Assembly: GCA_964423795.1 (NCBI GenBank)
Contig: CAYRGC010000004.1
Coordinates: forward strand, 1,032-65,031
DNA length: 64,000 bases
Source: an uncultured Candidatus Peribacteria bacterium
GTDB taxonomy: Bacteria > Patescibacteriota > Gracilibacteria > Peribacterales > Peribacteraceae
Reading direction: 5' to 3'
This document shows, in pieces, positions 17,891 to 26,549 of this stretch (positions within the stretch are counted from its first letter, which is position 1; each line of letters opens with the position of its first letter). The notes under the pieces were generated by a model. The model made no database searches. It saw nothing but the letters and a program-made list of their open reading frames with translations, and was not told the DNA's origin. The position numbers and the translations under genes are program-made.

Positions 17891-18652
17891 TTAGAGCGCA
17901 GAGCGTGGGGCTTGTTTTCCGTATCGGATCACCAGCCACGGAAACACGACGACCGCATTCCACATCCGTCCGGCGCGACTCGGCTGCCGGATGAACCGCC
18001 AGAGCCACTCGAGCCCGATCGACCGCATCCACTTCGGCGCGCGCTTCCGGACGCCCGCGAGGAAATCGAACGTGCCGCCGACGCCCATGGCGACGCGTAC
18101 CGAGGAGAGCGACGCGGCGTGCCGCGCGATCCACAGGTCCTGCGCGGGAGCGCCGAAGGCCACGAGGAGGAGCCGCGCGCCGCTGCGGTTGATGGCGTCG
18201 ACGATGCCCGCCGCCTCGGCCGCGGACGGCGAACCGGAAAGCGTGCCGGCGACCGCGAGACGCGGGTTTTTCGCCCGGAGGGCGTCCGCCGCCTTCTCCG
18301 CGACCCCCTCTGCGGCGCCCAGGAGGAATACCGGCGTCTCGGGGCCGAGCCCGGCGCACAGGCGTTCCACGGTATCCACGCCCGTGACGCGCTCGGGAAG
18401 GCGCTGACCGGTCTTGCGCGCCGCCCAGAGAAGGCCCGTCGAATCGGGCAGGTTGAGGGCGGTCGCCCGCAGGACCGCGGCGAAGCGCGCGTCACGCGAG
18501 GCCGCGACGAGCATCTCGTTATTCGGCGTCGCGACGTGGTACCGGCCAGGCGACGCCAAAAACTCACGCAGCGTCGAGAGCGCTTCCCCGGATGTCAGGG
18601 GATCGACGGGAATGCCGAGAAGAACGATGCGGGAATCGCTCACCGCGGCCAT
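17891..18652 (-). CDS. WecG/TagA/CpsF-family glycosyltransferase (GT26)
   Basis: 253 aa with motifs VATPNNEMLV, LPDSTGLLWAAR, FLLGAAEGVAEKAA and APKWM..GLEWLWRF. Confidence 0.85.
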   Translation of the reverse strand: MAAVSDSRIVLLGIPVDPLTSGEALSTLREFLASPGRYHVATPNNEMLVAASRDARFAAVLRATALNLPDSTGLLWAARKTGQRLPERVTGVDTVERLCAGLGPETPVFLLGAAEGVAEKAADALRAKNPRLAVAGTLSGSPSAAEAAGIVDAINRSGARLLLVAFGAPAQDLWIARHAASLSSVRVAMGVGGTFDFLAGVRKRAPKWMRSIGLEWLWRFIRQPSRAGRMWNAVVVFPWLVIRYGKQAPRSAL

Positions 18653-18710
18653 TCTCCCCTATCCCGGCTTTCTTGTCCCGTCCATCGGGAGAACCGTCTA
18701 CAATGCGCCC

Positions 18711-19493
18711 GTGCGCCGCGCCGTTCTGCTCTCCGGCTTCGCCCTCCTGCTCCTCGCGGGATGCGATTCGAAGGCCGCCTCCCGGTGGTCCCCGGCCCTG
18801 CCGTGGATGAACGCGGGCGCGGGTTCCAGCTCCTCGGTGACGACGGTGGACCTGCGGATTCCCGCAAGCCCCTCCTCGTCCGAAGCGCCGGACGAACCGA
18901 CTTTCGCCGACGAGGTGATGAGCGGGAGCGGCGCCCTGTCCACCGCCCCGAAGACCGTCTCGGGCGCGCTCCTCGAGCGCGCGCTCTCGGGCGGCATCCT
19001 CGAGACGGGGCTCCCGACGGCTCCGGTACTGCGCGTCTACACCCACCCGTCGTGCGCGTACTGCCGCGAGTTCGAGGAGGAACAGCGCGACCGGCTGCTC
19101 AAAGACTTCGTTGCCGGCGGACGCCTGCGCATCCAGACCGTGATCGTGCCCCTGAAGAAGTACCCGTCCTCCGCGCTCCAGGCCTCGGCGCTCGTCTGCG
19201 CGGCAGAGCAGGGACGCGGCGAGGACATGCTTTCCGCGCTCTTCGCCAACGACACGATGGAAGCCAAGACGCTGCCGAAACTGGGAAAGTCGCTCCAGCT
19301 CGGAAAGACGTTCGACGCGTGCGTCGCCTCTCCGGCGACGGCGAACACCGTCGCGTGGCAGGCCGGGCTCGCGGCGCGCGAGAACGTCACGCTCGTGCCG
19401 AGTTTCGACCTCAACGGAAAAAAGAAGACCGGTCTCCCGGGCTATCCCGACCTGCGCGGCTGGATCGATGCCTCACTCAGCGGAAGAGAGTGA
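18711..19493 (+). CDS. DsbA-like thioredoxin-fold lipoprotein
   Basis: GTG 18711 gives VRRAVLLSGFALLLLAGC, a signal peptide with a lipobox. A CxxC active site (HPSCAYCREF) is present. Confidence 0.7.
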   Translation: MRRAVLLSGFALLLLAGCDSKAASRWSPALPWMNAGAGSSSSVTTVDLRIPASPSSSEAPDEPTFADEVMSGSGALSTAPKTVSGALLERALSGGILETGLPTAPVLRVYTHPSCAYCREFEEEQRDRLLKDFVAGGRLRIQTVIVPLKKYPSSALQASALVCAAEQGRGEDMLSALFANDTMEAKTLPKLGKSLQLGKTFDACVASPATANTVAWQAGLAARENVTLVPSFDLNGKKKTGLPGYPDLRGWIDASLSGRE

Positions 19494-19743
19494 CGACCTT
19501 CCGCCGGGACGCGTGACCCGTGACGATCGAGACGTTCCCCCGCGGAACGCCGAATTCCTCCGCGAGGAAGCGGACGAGTTCCCCGTTCGCTTCGCCGTCC
19601 TCGGGCGCGGCGGCGACGTCCACCTTGAGCGTGCCGTCGGCCATCGCGGCCTTGAACGCGGAGACGCGCGCTCCGGGCCGGACGCGCAACGTGAGCGTGA
19701 GCGCGCCTTCGGTCGCGAGCCGGGAATGGAGAACTGAAAGCAT
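19477..19743 (-). CDS. DUF167 (YggU-like) protein
   Basis: 88 aa from ATG 19743, with the typical motifs RVRPGAR...L.V.V.A.PEDG.AN..L..FLA and VSIVTGHASRRKVV. It overlaps the DsbA-like gene convergently by 17 nt. Confidence 0.7.
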   Translation of the reverse strand: MLSVLHSRLATEGALTLTLRVRPGARVSAFKAAMADGTLKVDVAAAPEDGEANGELVRFLAEEFGVPRGNVSIVTGHASRRKVVTLFR

Positions 19744-19756
19744 GGATACGTCATTG

Positions 19757-19809
19757 TGAGCTGTCATCGCGAGCGGAGTCGAGGGGCGAACCATGGCCGT
19801 GCACGTCGC
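19757..19809. repeat. GAGCG-type GC-rich mini-element plus 10-bp-stem hairpin
   Basis: tgtcatcgcgagcggagtcgaggggcg is about 80% identical to the reverse complement of 35925-35951. It is followed by the hairpin CGAGGGGCGA...TCGCCCCTCG. Confidence 0.7.
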
Positions 19810-19839
19810 CCCTCGTCAGGCTCGGGTGGCGCGCCGTTC

Positions 19840-20502
19840 TTACTTCGTCATCCCCTTGCGCCACTCCGCGATGTTCTTGTGGTGGCCGCTGAGCAGGATG
19901 TCGGGAACGCGCATGCCGCGGAACTCCTCCGGGCGCGTGTAGTGCGGGTACTCCTTCTTTCGGCCGAGGGCCTTGGAGAAGCTCTCCTCCGCCGCGGACT
20001 CGTCCTTGCCGAGCACGCCGGGGATCTGGCGGGCCACCGCATCGATGAGCGTCATCGCGGGCAGCTCGCCGCCCGTGAGGACGTAGTCGCCGATCGAGAG
20101 CTCTTCGTCGATCCAGCCGTCGATCACGCGCTCGTCGATGCCCTCGTACCGGCCGCACACGAGCAGCAGCCACGGCTTCTTCGCGAGCTGCTCCACGCGC
20201 GACTGCGTGAGCCTGCGGCCGCGCGGCGTGAAGTAGATGCGGTGCGGCTTCTTCATGCCCTTCGCGGAGAATTGCTCGCCGATCGACTCGATCGCGGGCA
20301 CGAGGACGTCGGGACGCATCACCATCCCCGCGCCACCGCCGTACGGCGAGTCGTCCACCTGGTGATACTGGCCGAGACCCCAGCGACGCAGGTCGTGGAG
20401 CGTCACGGACAGCCGTCCCTGGTCTTGCCCGCGCGCCAGGATGCTCTCGGTGAGCGGGCCCTGGAAGATGGCGGGATGGATGGTGAGCACGTCGATGCGC
20501 AT
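19840..20502 (-). CDS. trmD: tRNA (guanine37-N1)-methyltransferase
   Basis: 220 aa with TrmD motifs: RIDVLTIHP, GGGAGMVM, LVCGRYEGIDERV, LSIGDYVLTGGELPA. Confidence 0.95.
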   Translation of the reverse strand: MRIDVLTIHPAIFQGPLTESILARGQDQGRLSVTLHDLRRWGLGQYHQVDDSPYGGGAGMVMRPDVLVPAIESIGEQFSAKGMKKPHRIYFTPRGRRLTQSRVEQLAKKPWLLLVCGRYEGIDERVIDGWIDEELSIGDYVLTGGELPAMTLIDAVARQIPGVLGKDESAAEESFSKALGRKKEYPHYTRPEEFRGMRVPDILLSGHHKNIAEWRKGMTK

Positions 20503-20593
20503 GGGAGGAAGTATGGCAGGTTCTCCGTCTATTGAGAACCTGGAATTGGCTTTCAGGAAGCCATAAATGAGCTACCTGAAGCAGAAGAATAGT

Positions 20594-20614
20594 GGGGCAT
20601 GCCCCGGCCTGCCG
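20594..20614. repeat. REP-like hairpin (degenerate)
   Basis: ggggcatgccccggcctgccg, compared with the REP core ggggcaggcctccggcctgcc. Confidence 0.6.
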
Positions 20615-20636
20615 ATCAGCAGCTCATGCTCTCTTC

Positions 20637-21068
20637 ATGCTCTACCATCATCACACTCAGCAAGGCTGCATCGTCCTGGTGACAACCAATATCAAAAACC
20701 GGATCCCTGTGTTCCGGGATTTCGCTTATGCTCGAGAAGCGGTCGACGTTCTTTATCGAGTTCGATCAATCCATCCATTCTCACTCTATGGATTCGTGGT
20801 CATGCCAAATCACGTGCACATCCTACTGCGGACACTGGAGAAAGGACCGTCTCTGTCACTCATCTTACGAAGCTACAAAGTCGGAGTGGTAGTGAGCATC
20901 GGCAAAGGTGCTATCTGGCAATCGCGATTCGATGCGAAGGAGCCTCATGACAGTGCCGCTATCCTGCGATACATCCATGACAATCCTGTAAAAGCAGGAT
21001 TATCGAAAACGCCGGAAGACTATCCATGGTCCTCGGCTTCGGGAATATGGGATGTAACTGATCTGTAG
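20637..21068 (+). CDS. REP-associated tyrosine transposase (IS200-like Y1 / RayT family)
   Basis: HUH motif VMPNHVHILL and catalytic Tyr region LRYIHDNPVKAGL. I chose the start at Met 20637 because the track start 20592 overlaps the left REP. Confidence 0.8.
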   Translation: MLYHHHTQQGCIVLVTTNIKNRIPVFRDFAYAREAVDVLYRVRSIHPFSLYGFVVMPNHVHILLRTLEKGPSLSLILRSYKVGVVVSIGKGAIWQSRFDAKEPHDSAAILRYIHDNPVKAGLSKTPEDYPWSSASGIWDVTDL

Positions 21069-21075
21069 GGATTTT

Positions 21076-21184
21076 GCCGGCAGGCCGGAGGCCTGCCCCC
21101 AAGAAAGGAGAATCGAGTGGTTTGCTGTCATTGAAAGCATCCTGCAACTGAAAGAAAAAATGGGGCAGGCCTCCGGCCTGCCGG
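21076..21184. repeat. REP-spacer-REP composite (inverted pair)
   Basis: gccggcaggccggaggcctgccccc lies at 21076-21100 and its reverse complement ggggcaggcctccggcctgccgg lies at 21162-21184, 61 nt apart. Confidence 0.9.
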
Positions 21185-21216
21185 CCTCATGGGTGGAGAC
21201 CCGCCCTGAATTTTGA

Positions 21217-22125
21217 TTACAGGAACTTCTTCAGATAGTCGCCGACGTCCACCGTCGCGACTTCGTCGACCGCCTGCGTTTCCCTCCCCTTCCGCGGCAC
21301 GAGTTGGTCGTAGAAGCTCGGAACGTCTTCGCGCTGATAGAGGATGCCCGTGGCGATCTTCTCGCGGGTGTCGATCGCGAGCTCGCGGGCCTTCTGGAGG
21401 TCGCAATGCGGATCGTGCCCGGCGGCGTTGGCGTCCTCGCAGTGATCGAGCAGGTACTGGTGCGTCGCGAACTTGTTGTACGTGGGACACGCCTGCAGCA
21501 CGTCGACGAAGGCGAACCCGTGCTTCTGGTGCTCGATCGCGGCCTTGAAGATGCGCGTCATCTGCGGAATGTCACCACTGAACGCGCGCGCCACGAACGT
21601 GGGCTCGAGCGAGAACACGAAGTCCATGGAGTTGAGCGTGTGCTCGGGGATGCCGTTGGGAGCCGTGTTCATGGGCTGGCCCTGCCAGGTGAGCGAGCTC
21701 GCCTGGCCCGTCGTGAGGCCATAGTTGGCGTTGTTGTGCAGGACGAAGGTGATCGGATAATTGCTGCGGACGCCGTGGACGAGGTGGCCGATGCCCTCCG
21801 AAAAACTGGCGCCGTCGCCGCCGAAGGCGATCACCGGCACGCGCGTGTTCGCGAGCTTCGCGCCCGCGGCGAACGGGATCACGCGGCCGTGCAAGCCGTG
21901 GAAGCGGTAGCCGAGGAGTTTGTCCGAGCCGTTGCCGTGGCAGCCCACGTCGTAGCAGAGCAGCACCTGCCAGGGATGGAGGCCGAGTTCCACGAGCGCG
22001 CGCTTCGTCGCGGTCCAGATGCCGTAGTCGCCGCAGCCGTCGCACCACGTGCACTGGTTGCCGCAGTAGTAATCGTGCATCGAAGGGCCGTTTCCGGAGC
22101 CGGTGATCTGCAGAGGAATACCCAT
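21217..22125 (-). CDS. 2-oxoacid:ferredoxin oxidoreductase, beta (TPP-binding) subunit
   Basis: 302 aa with CxxC..C near the N-terminus (CTWCDGCGDYG), GCHGN, and the TPP motif FGGDGASFSEG...NNANYGLT. Confidence 0.9.
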   Translation of the reverse strand: MGIPLQITGSGNGPSMHDYYCGNQCTWCDGCGDYGIWTATKRALVELGLHPWQVLLCYDVGCHGNGSDKLLGYRFHGLHGRVIPFAAGAKLANTRVPVIAFGGDGASFSEGIGHLVHGVRSNYPITFVLHNNANYGLTTGQASSLTWQGQPMNTAPNGIPEHTLNSMDFVFSLEPTFVARAFSGDIPQMTRIFKAAIEHQKHGFAFVDVLQACPTYNKFATHQYLLDHCEDANAAGHDPHCDLQKARELAIDTREKIATGILYQREDVPSFYDQLVPRKGRETQAVDEVATVDVGDYLKKFL

Positions 22126-22127
22126 GA

Positions 22128-23915
22128 TCAGAGGTCGCGGAAGTGGGACACGAGTTCGTCGACGAAGAACGGCCGGCCGTCGTACTTGAGGATCTTCTCC
22201 TCGATCCGAAGTCCGCCTTCCTGCGCGATGAGCGTGCCGAGCTGTCCCGTGAAGTTGCCCTCGACGAGGACGACCTTCTTCGCGGTCCGCGCGAGCGCGA
22301 GGAGGCGCTCGGTCTTGAGGGGCCAGAGGTAGGAGAAGTGGAGATATCCGTTACGAGTTACGGGTTTCGGGTTACGGGAACATTCACGAAGAGCGTCGAG
22401 AACCGGGCCTTTTGTTGATCCCCACCCGATGAGAAGCACATCAAGCTCCGGATTTTTTCCCGTAACTCGTAACTCGGAACCCGTAACCGTCCAAAGTTCC
22501 GGCTCCGGCAGCGCCTTCTTCAAGGCGACCTGCTTGCTCATCCGTTTCTCCATCTGCGCCTTCGCGTTGTCGGCGTGCTCGTTCACGGAGCCGTCGCCGC
22601 CGTGTTCGTCGCCCTGGGCGTTCCAGGTGGCGGGCGCCTCGGTGCCGGGCAGCCAGCGCGGGGAGATGCCGTCCTTGGCGGCGGGATCGAAGCGGTCGGA
22701 GGCCTTGAGCTTCTGGATCTTCTTCGGATCGGTGACGAGAAGACCGCGCTTGAGCTCCGTCTTGGACTGGTCGAACTGGGGCTCGGTGTAGAGCGCCTCG
22801 GCAATCTGCTTGTCCGTGAGGACGATCACGGAGATCTGGTACTCCTCCGCCAGGTTGAATGCCACGGGCATCAACCGGAAGGCGTCCTCGGCGTTGCTCA
22901 CGCCGATCACGCACCGCGCGAACTCGCCGTGGGCGCCGTGGACCGCGAGGAGAAGATCGCCCTGCGCCGTCCACGTGGGAAGGCCCGTGGCGGGCCCCGG
23001 GCGCTGCGCGAGGACGAAGACCGTCGGGTTCTCGATGATCGCGTTGAGGGAGAGCGTCTCGGTCATGAGGTCGAAGCCGCCGCCGGAGGTGCCGGTAAGG
23101 GCGCGCGTACCCATGTGCATGGCGCCGCTCACCATCTGCGCCGCGGTGATCTCGTCCTCCGCCTGCTTCACGACCATCCCGGTCTTGTTCTGCAGGTCGG
23201 CGATGAAGGAGAGCAGCGGCGAGGACGGCGTCATCGGGTATCCGGCGTAGAAACGCACGCCCGCGTGGATCGCGCCGAGGCCCATGGCCTCGCTGCCCGT
23301 GAGGAGCATCGAGTCCTTCCACGTCTTCACCGGCTTCGGAAGCTCGACCGTGACCTTGCCGAGCGCGGGATCCTCGTACGCGTAGCCCTTCTCCACGCAC
23401 TGTAGGTTGGCCTCGAGGAGATCCTTCTTCTTCGCGAAGCGCTCGCCGACGAGGCTCTTTAGGGCCTCCTTCTCCTGGCCGAGGACCGACCACAGGAACC
23501 CCGTGAGGAGCACGTTTCCCAGGATGGACTTGGCACCCATCTCCTTGAGGATCTTCTCCACCGGCATCTTGATCACGCGGAGCTTCTTCTTCGCGAGGAG
23601 CGCCTGGTCGTCCGCCGAGAACTTCCAGTCCTCGACGAAGTGCACGATCACGCCGCCATCCTTAAGGTCATGCAGGTTGAGCTCGAGACCGTGGTGGTTG
23701 TACGTGAGCAGCACATCGACCTGGGTCTCGCTGCTCTCGATGCGCTCGTCGGAGACGTCGAGCTGATAGCTCGTGTGTCCGCCCTTGATGAGGGACGGAT
23801 ACTCGCGATAGCCAAACACGCAGTAGCCCGCGCGCTTCAGCCCCTTGGCCACGATCTCGCCGATCGAGTTGATGCCTTGCCCGGCTGCGCCGACGACTTT
23901 AAGGGAGATACGCAT
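22128..23915 (-). CDS. 2-oxoacid:ferredoxin oxidoreductase, alpha subunit (gamma-type domain fused at N-terminus)
   Basis: 595 aa. The N-terminus is AGQGINSIGEIVAKGL, followed by the pyrimidine-binding domain (YAGYPMTPSS) and LLIGWGSTKGPV. It lies 2 nt upstream of the beta subunit. Confidence 0.9.
   Translation of the reverse strand: MRISLKVVGAAGQGINSIGEIVAKGLKRAGYCVFGYREYPSLIKGGHTSYQLDVSDERIESSETQVDVLLTYNHHGLELNLHDLKDGGVIVHFVEDWKFSADDQALLAKKKLRVIKMPVEKILKEMGAKSILGNVLLTGFLWSVLGQEKEALKSLVGERFAKKKDLLEANLQCVEKGYAYEDPALGKVTVELPKPVKTWKDSMLLTGSEAMGLGAIHAGVRFYAGYPMTPSSPLLSFIADLQNKTGMVVKQAEDEITAAQMVSGAMHMGTRALTGTSGGGFDLMTETLSLNAIIENPTVFVLAQRPGPATGLPTWTAQGDLLLAVHGAHGEFARCVIGVSNAEDAFRLMPVAFNLAEEYQISVIVLTDKQIAEALYTEPQFDQSKTELKRGLLVTDPKKIQKLKASDRFDPAAKDGISPRWLPGTEAPATWNAQGDEHGGDGSVNEHADNAKAQMEKRMSKQVALKKALPEPELWTVTGSELRVTGKNPELDVLLIGWGSTKGPVLDALRECSRNPKPVTRNGYLHFSYLWPLKTERLLALARTAKKVVLVEGNFTGQLGTLIAQEGGLRIEEKILKYDGRPFFVDELVSHFRDL
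22350..22378. repeat. GTTACGG-family heptamer arm A inside korA-like gene
   Basis: gttacgagttacgggtttcgggttacggg, which encodes ...NPKPVTRNG. Confidence 0.85.
22459..22489. repeat. GTTACGG-family heptamer arm B (complement of arm A) inside korA-like gene
   Basis: cccgtaactcgtaactcggaacccgtaaccg, which encodes TVTGSELRVTG. It lies 80 nt from arm A. Confidence 0.85.
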
Positions 23916-23922
23916 GTTTGAA

Positions 23923-23957
23923 CTTAGTGCTTCGTGCTTAGTGCTTGGAGCTTCCGA
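23923..23957. repeat. CTTNGTG heptamer array
   Basis: CTTAGTG CTTCGTG CTTAGTG CTTGGAG CTTCCGA. It encodes the flavodoxin C-terminal tail ...LQALSTKH-stop and abuts the korA start. Confidence 0.85.
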
Positions 23958-24436
23958 TAGAGATCATCGGCCCACGCTTGCACCGCTTTCTCCTGTCCGA
24001 AGGGTTCATTGAGGATCTTGAGCGTGGGGCAGAGTTCGGTGCCGCCGTGGCCCTTCACGAACGCTTCCATGTAGACGGCGGCGTTCGCCCGGTAGCGGTA
24101 CCGTTCGTCGCCGAGCGCGATGCACGCGACGGGGCGGCCGTTGAGCGCGGCCCCCTTCGCGCGGTCGAGCAGGAGCGCGAACATGTGCGGGTTCAGCTGC
24201 CCCTCGGCGTTGCCGGTGTTCCACGTCGAGGACGCGAGCACGAGCGGCCCCTCCGCCTCGAGATCCTTGGCCTCGGCTTTCTCGGCCCGCATCTTCACGG
24301 CCTTCACCCCTTTCTCCGCGAGGGCGGCGACGAGGGTATCCACGACGTATTCGGTATGGCCGCTGGTGGAGCCGTAGATGATGACCGGGGACGTCACGCG
24401 GGCAGTATATCGTTCTTTGTCACGGAGAGATGCCAA
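23924..24436 (-). CDS. flavodoxin
   Basis: FMN-binding N-terminus VIIYGSTSGHTE, about 160 aa of alpha/beta pattern, and position directly upstream of the oxidoreductase genes. Confidence 0.8.
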   Translation of the reverse strand: MASLRDKERYTARVTSPVIIYGSTSGHTEYVVDTLVAALAEKGVKAVKMRAEKAEAKDLEAEGPLVLASSTWNTGNAEGQLNPHMFALLLDRAKGAALNGRPVACIALGDERYRYRANAAVYMEAFVKGHGGTELCPTLKILNEPFGQEKAVQAWADDLYRKLQALSTKH

Positions 24437-24467
24437 AAGTCGCGCTTTTGTGGTATACTATGAGGAA

Positions 24468-26549
24468 ATGTCGCTTCTCTCCCCCGCCGGCATCGCCGTT
24501 CTGGGCGCCAGCGCCGAAGAGCACAAGGTGGGGCACTACGTGCTCCGAAACCTCCTCACGCAGGGATACGCCGGCGCGGTGTACCCCGTGAATCCGAAAG
24601 GCGGGGAAATCCTGGGCAAGAAAGCGTACGCGTCCGTCGACGAGATCCCAGGCACCGTGGACCTCGCCGTGATCGTGACGCCCGCGAAGACCGTTCCCGC
24701 GCTTGCGGACGCGTGCGGCAGGAAAGGAGTGAAGACGCTCGTCGTGATCAGCGCCGGCTTCGGCGAACTCGGCACGCCAGAAGGGCACGCCCTCGAGAAA
24801 GAACTCGTCGAGACGGCGCGGAAGTATGGCATAGCCCTCGTCGGCCCCAACTGCCTGGGCGTGCTGCGCCCCGCCGCCGGCGTCAACGCGTCGTTCGGCA
24901 AGAATCTGGCACGCAAAGGGTCGATCGCGCTCTTAAGCCAGTCGGGCGCGCTGGCCGTCGCCCTGATGGACGCGGCGGGCGACCGCGGCATCGATTTCTC
25001 CCTCGTCGTGAGCATGGGCAACAAGGCCGCCCAGGACGAGTGCGACTACCTGGAACTTTGCGCGCGGGACCCGGAGACCACGGTGATCGGCCTCTACCTC
25101 GAGAGTATCAAGGACGGGAAGCGGTTCTTGAGGACGGCGTCCGCCGTGAGCCGGGAGAAGCCTATCGTGCTCATCAAGTCCGGCACCTCGAGCCGCGGAC
25201 GGCGCGCGGTCTCGTCCCACACGGGAGCGCTCGCGGGCTCCGACGCCGCGATCTCCGCGGCCTGCGCCCAGGCGGGCGTGCTCCGCGCGACGGACACCGA
25301 CGAGTTCTTCGACGCGCTCTGCGCGCTTTCGCGCCTCCCCGCGATGGCGTCCGACCGCATCGCCGTGGTCACGAACGCCGGCGGGCCGGGCATCCTCGCC
25401 ACCGACGCCGCCGAGCGCGAGGGCCTCACGATGACGACCCTCGAACGCACCACGGAGGAAGCCCTCAAGGGCGTGCTCCCGGCGGCCGCGAGCAGCGCCA
25501 ACCCCATCGACGTGCTCGGCGACGCCCTCGCCGACCGCTACGCCGCCGCGATCGCGTCCGCCGCGCGGGACCCCAACGTGGACGGCATCGCCGTGCTCCT
25601 CACGCCGCAAGTGATGACGCCGTGCCGCGAGATCGCCGAGGCCGTCGCGAAGGCGCGCCAGGCCTCGCGCCTGCTCCCGATCGTGACCTCCTTCATGGGA
25701 GCCGACGGCGTACGGGAGGCCGAAGAGTTCCTCAAGGCCCACGACATCCCGAACTTCCCCACTCCCGAGCGCGCGGTGCGGGCGCTGAAGTTCCTGCGCG
25801 AACGCCAAAAGAACCTGGAAAGGAAGGCGGAGATCGCCGACGACGCCGATCATGAGCGGATCGCCGCGAAGCACGCGCGAAAGATCCTCCAAGGCAAGAC
25901 CGGCCTCCTCACCGAGGAGGACACGGCCGCCCTCTTCGCCCTCTACGATCTTCCCTTCTCTGCCGGCAAGGTCGCGACCACGGAGGACGAGGCGGCGGCG
26001 TTCGCCCGCGCGATCGGCTTCCCGGTCGTCGCGAAGGTGAGCTCTCCCGAGATCCTCCACAAGACCGACGTGGGCGGCGTGCGCGTGAACCTCAAGACCG
26101 AGGAGGAAGCGAAGGCCGCGTTCCGCGAGATCCTCGCGAACTGCCAGAAGGCCATGCCGCAAGCGACGATCCGCGGCGTGTTCCTCCAGCCGCTGCTTCC
26201 CGCCGGTCACGAATTCATCGCCGGCGCCGTGGCGGATCCCTCCTTCGGGCACCTCCTCATGGTGGGCCTCGGGGGCATCTACACGGAGCTCCTGCGCGAT
26301 ACCGCCTTCCGCATCGCGCCGATCGGCGAGGAGGATGCCTATCTGATGCTCGAGAGCCTGCGCGGCTGGAAGCTCCTCCTGGGCCTGCGCGGCAAGGCGC
26401 AGAGCGACATCCCGGGCCTCGCCGCGCTTCTCGGGAATCTCTCCCGCCTCGTGACCGACTGCCCGGAGATCGCCGAGCTCGACTGCAATCCCGTCTTCGT
26501 GCGCGCGGACGGCGTCGTGATCGCGGACGCGAAAGTGGTGCTTCGGTAA
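24468..26549 (+). CDS. acetyl-CoA synthetase (ADP-forming), fused alpha-beta
   Basis: 693 aa from ATG 24468. It has a CoA-binding N-terminus (IAVLGAS...GAVYPVNPKG), a ligase-CoA domain (SHTGALAGSD) and a C-terminal ATP-grasp (FPVVAKVSSPEILHKTDVGGV). Confidence 0.9.
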   Translation: MSLLSPAGIAVLGASAEEHKVGHYVLRNLLTQGYAGAVYPVNPKGGEILGKKAYASVDEIPGTVDLAVIVTPAKTVPALADACGRKGVKTLVVISAGFGELGTPEGHALEKELVETARKYGIALVGPNCLGVLRPAAGVNASFGKNLARKGSIALLSQSGALAVALMDAAGDRGIDFSLVVSMGNKAAQDECDYLELCARDPETTVIGLYLESIKDGKRFLRTASAVSREKPIVLIKSGTSSRGRRAVSSHTGALAGSDAAISAACAQAGVLRATDTDEFFDALCALSRLPAMASDRIAVVTNAGGPGILATDAAEREGLTMTTLERTTEEALKGVLPAAASSANPIDVLGDALADRYAAAIASAARDPNVDGIAVLLTPQVMTPCREIAEAVAKARQASRLLPIVTSFMGADGVREAEEFLKAHDIPNFPTPERAVRALKFLRERQKNLERKAEIADDADHERIAAKHARKILQGKTGLLTEEDTAALFALYDLPFSAGKVATTEDEAAAFARAIGFPVVAKVSSPEILHKTDVGGVRVNLKTEEEAKAAFREILANCQKAMPQATIRGVFLQPLLPAGHEFIAGAVADPSFGHLLMVGLGGIYTELLRDTAFRIAPIGEEDAYLMLESLRGWKLLLGLRGKAQSDIPGLAALLGNLSRLVTDCPEIAELDCNPVFVRADGVVIADAKVVLR

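Larger units (their letters stand above)
20594..21184 (+). mobile_element. REPtron-like unit: RayT-type Y1 transposase gene bracketed by REP hairpins
   Basis: A degenerate REP lies at 20594-20614. Two inverted perfect REPs lie at 21076-21100 and 21162-21184. The interior is visibly lower in GC. Confidence 0.75.

Noticed and set aside
19477-19493. 17-nt convergent overlap of the DsbA-like and YggU-like genes as a possible regulatory antisense arrangement.
   Set aside because: Short convergent 3' overlaps are common in compact genomes, and there is no additional structure or conservation signal.
20592-20636. Track start (20592) for the RayT-like gene.
   Set aside because: The first 15 codons overlap the left REP-like palindrome (ggggcatgcccc...). 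The conserved Y1 transposase core begins after Met 20637, so the internal start is preferred.
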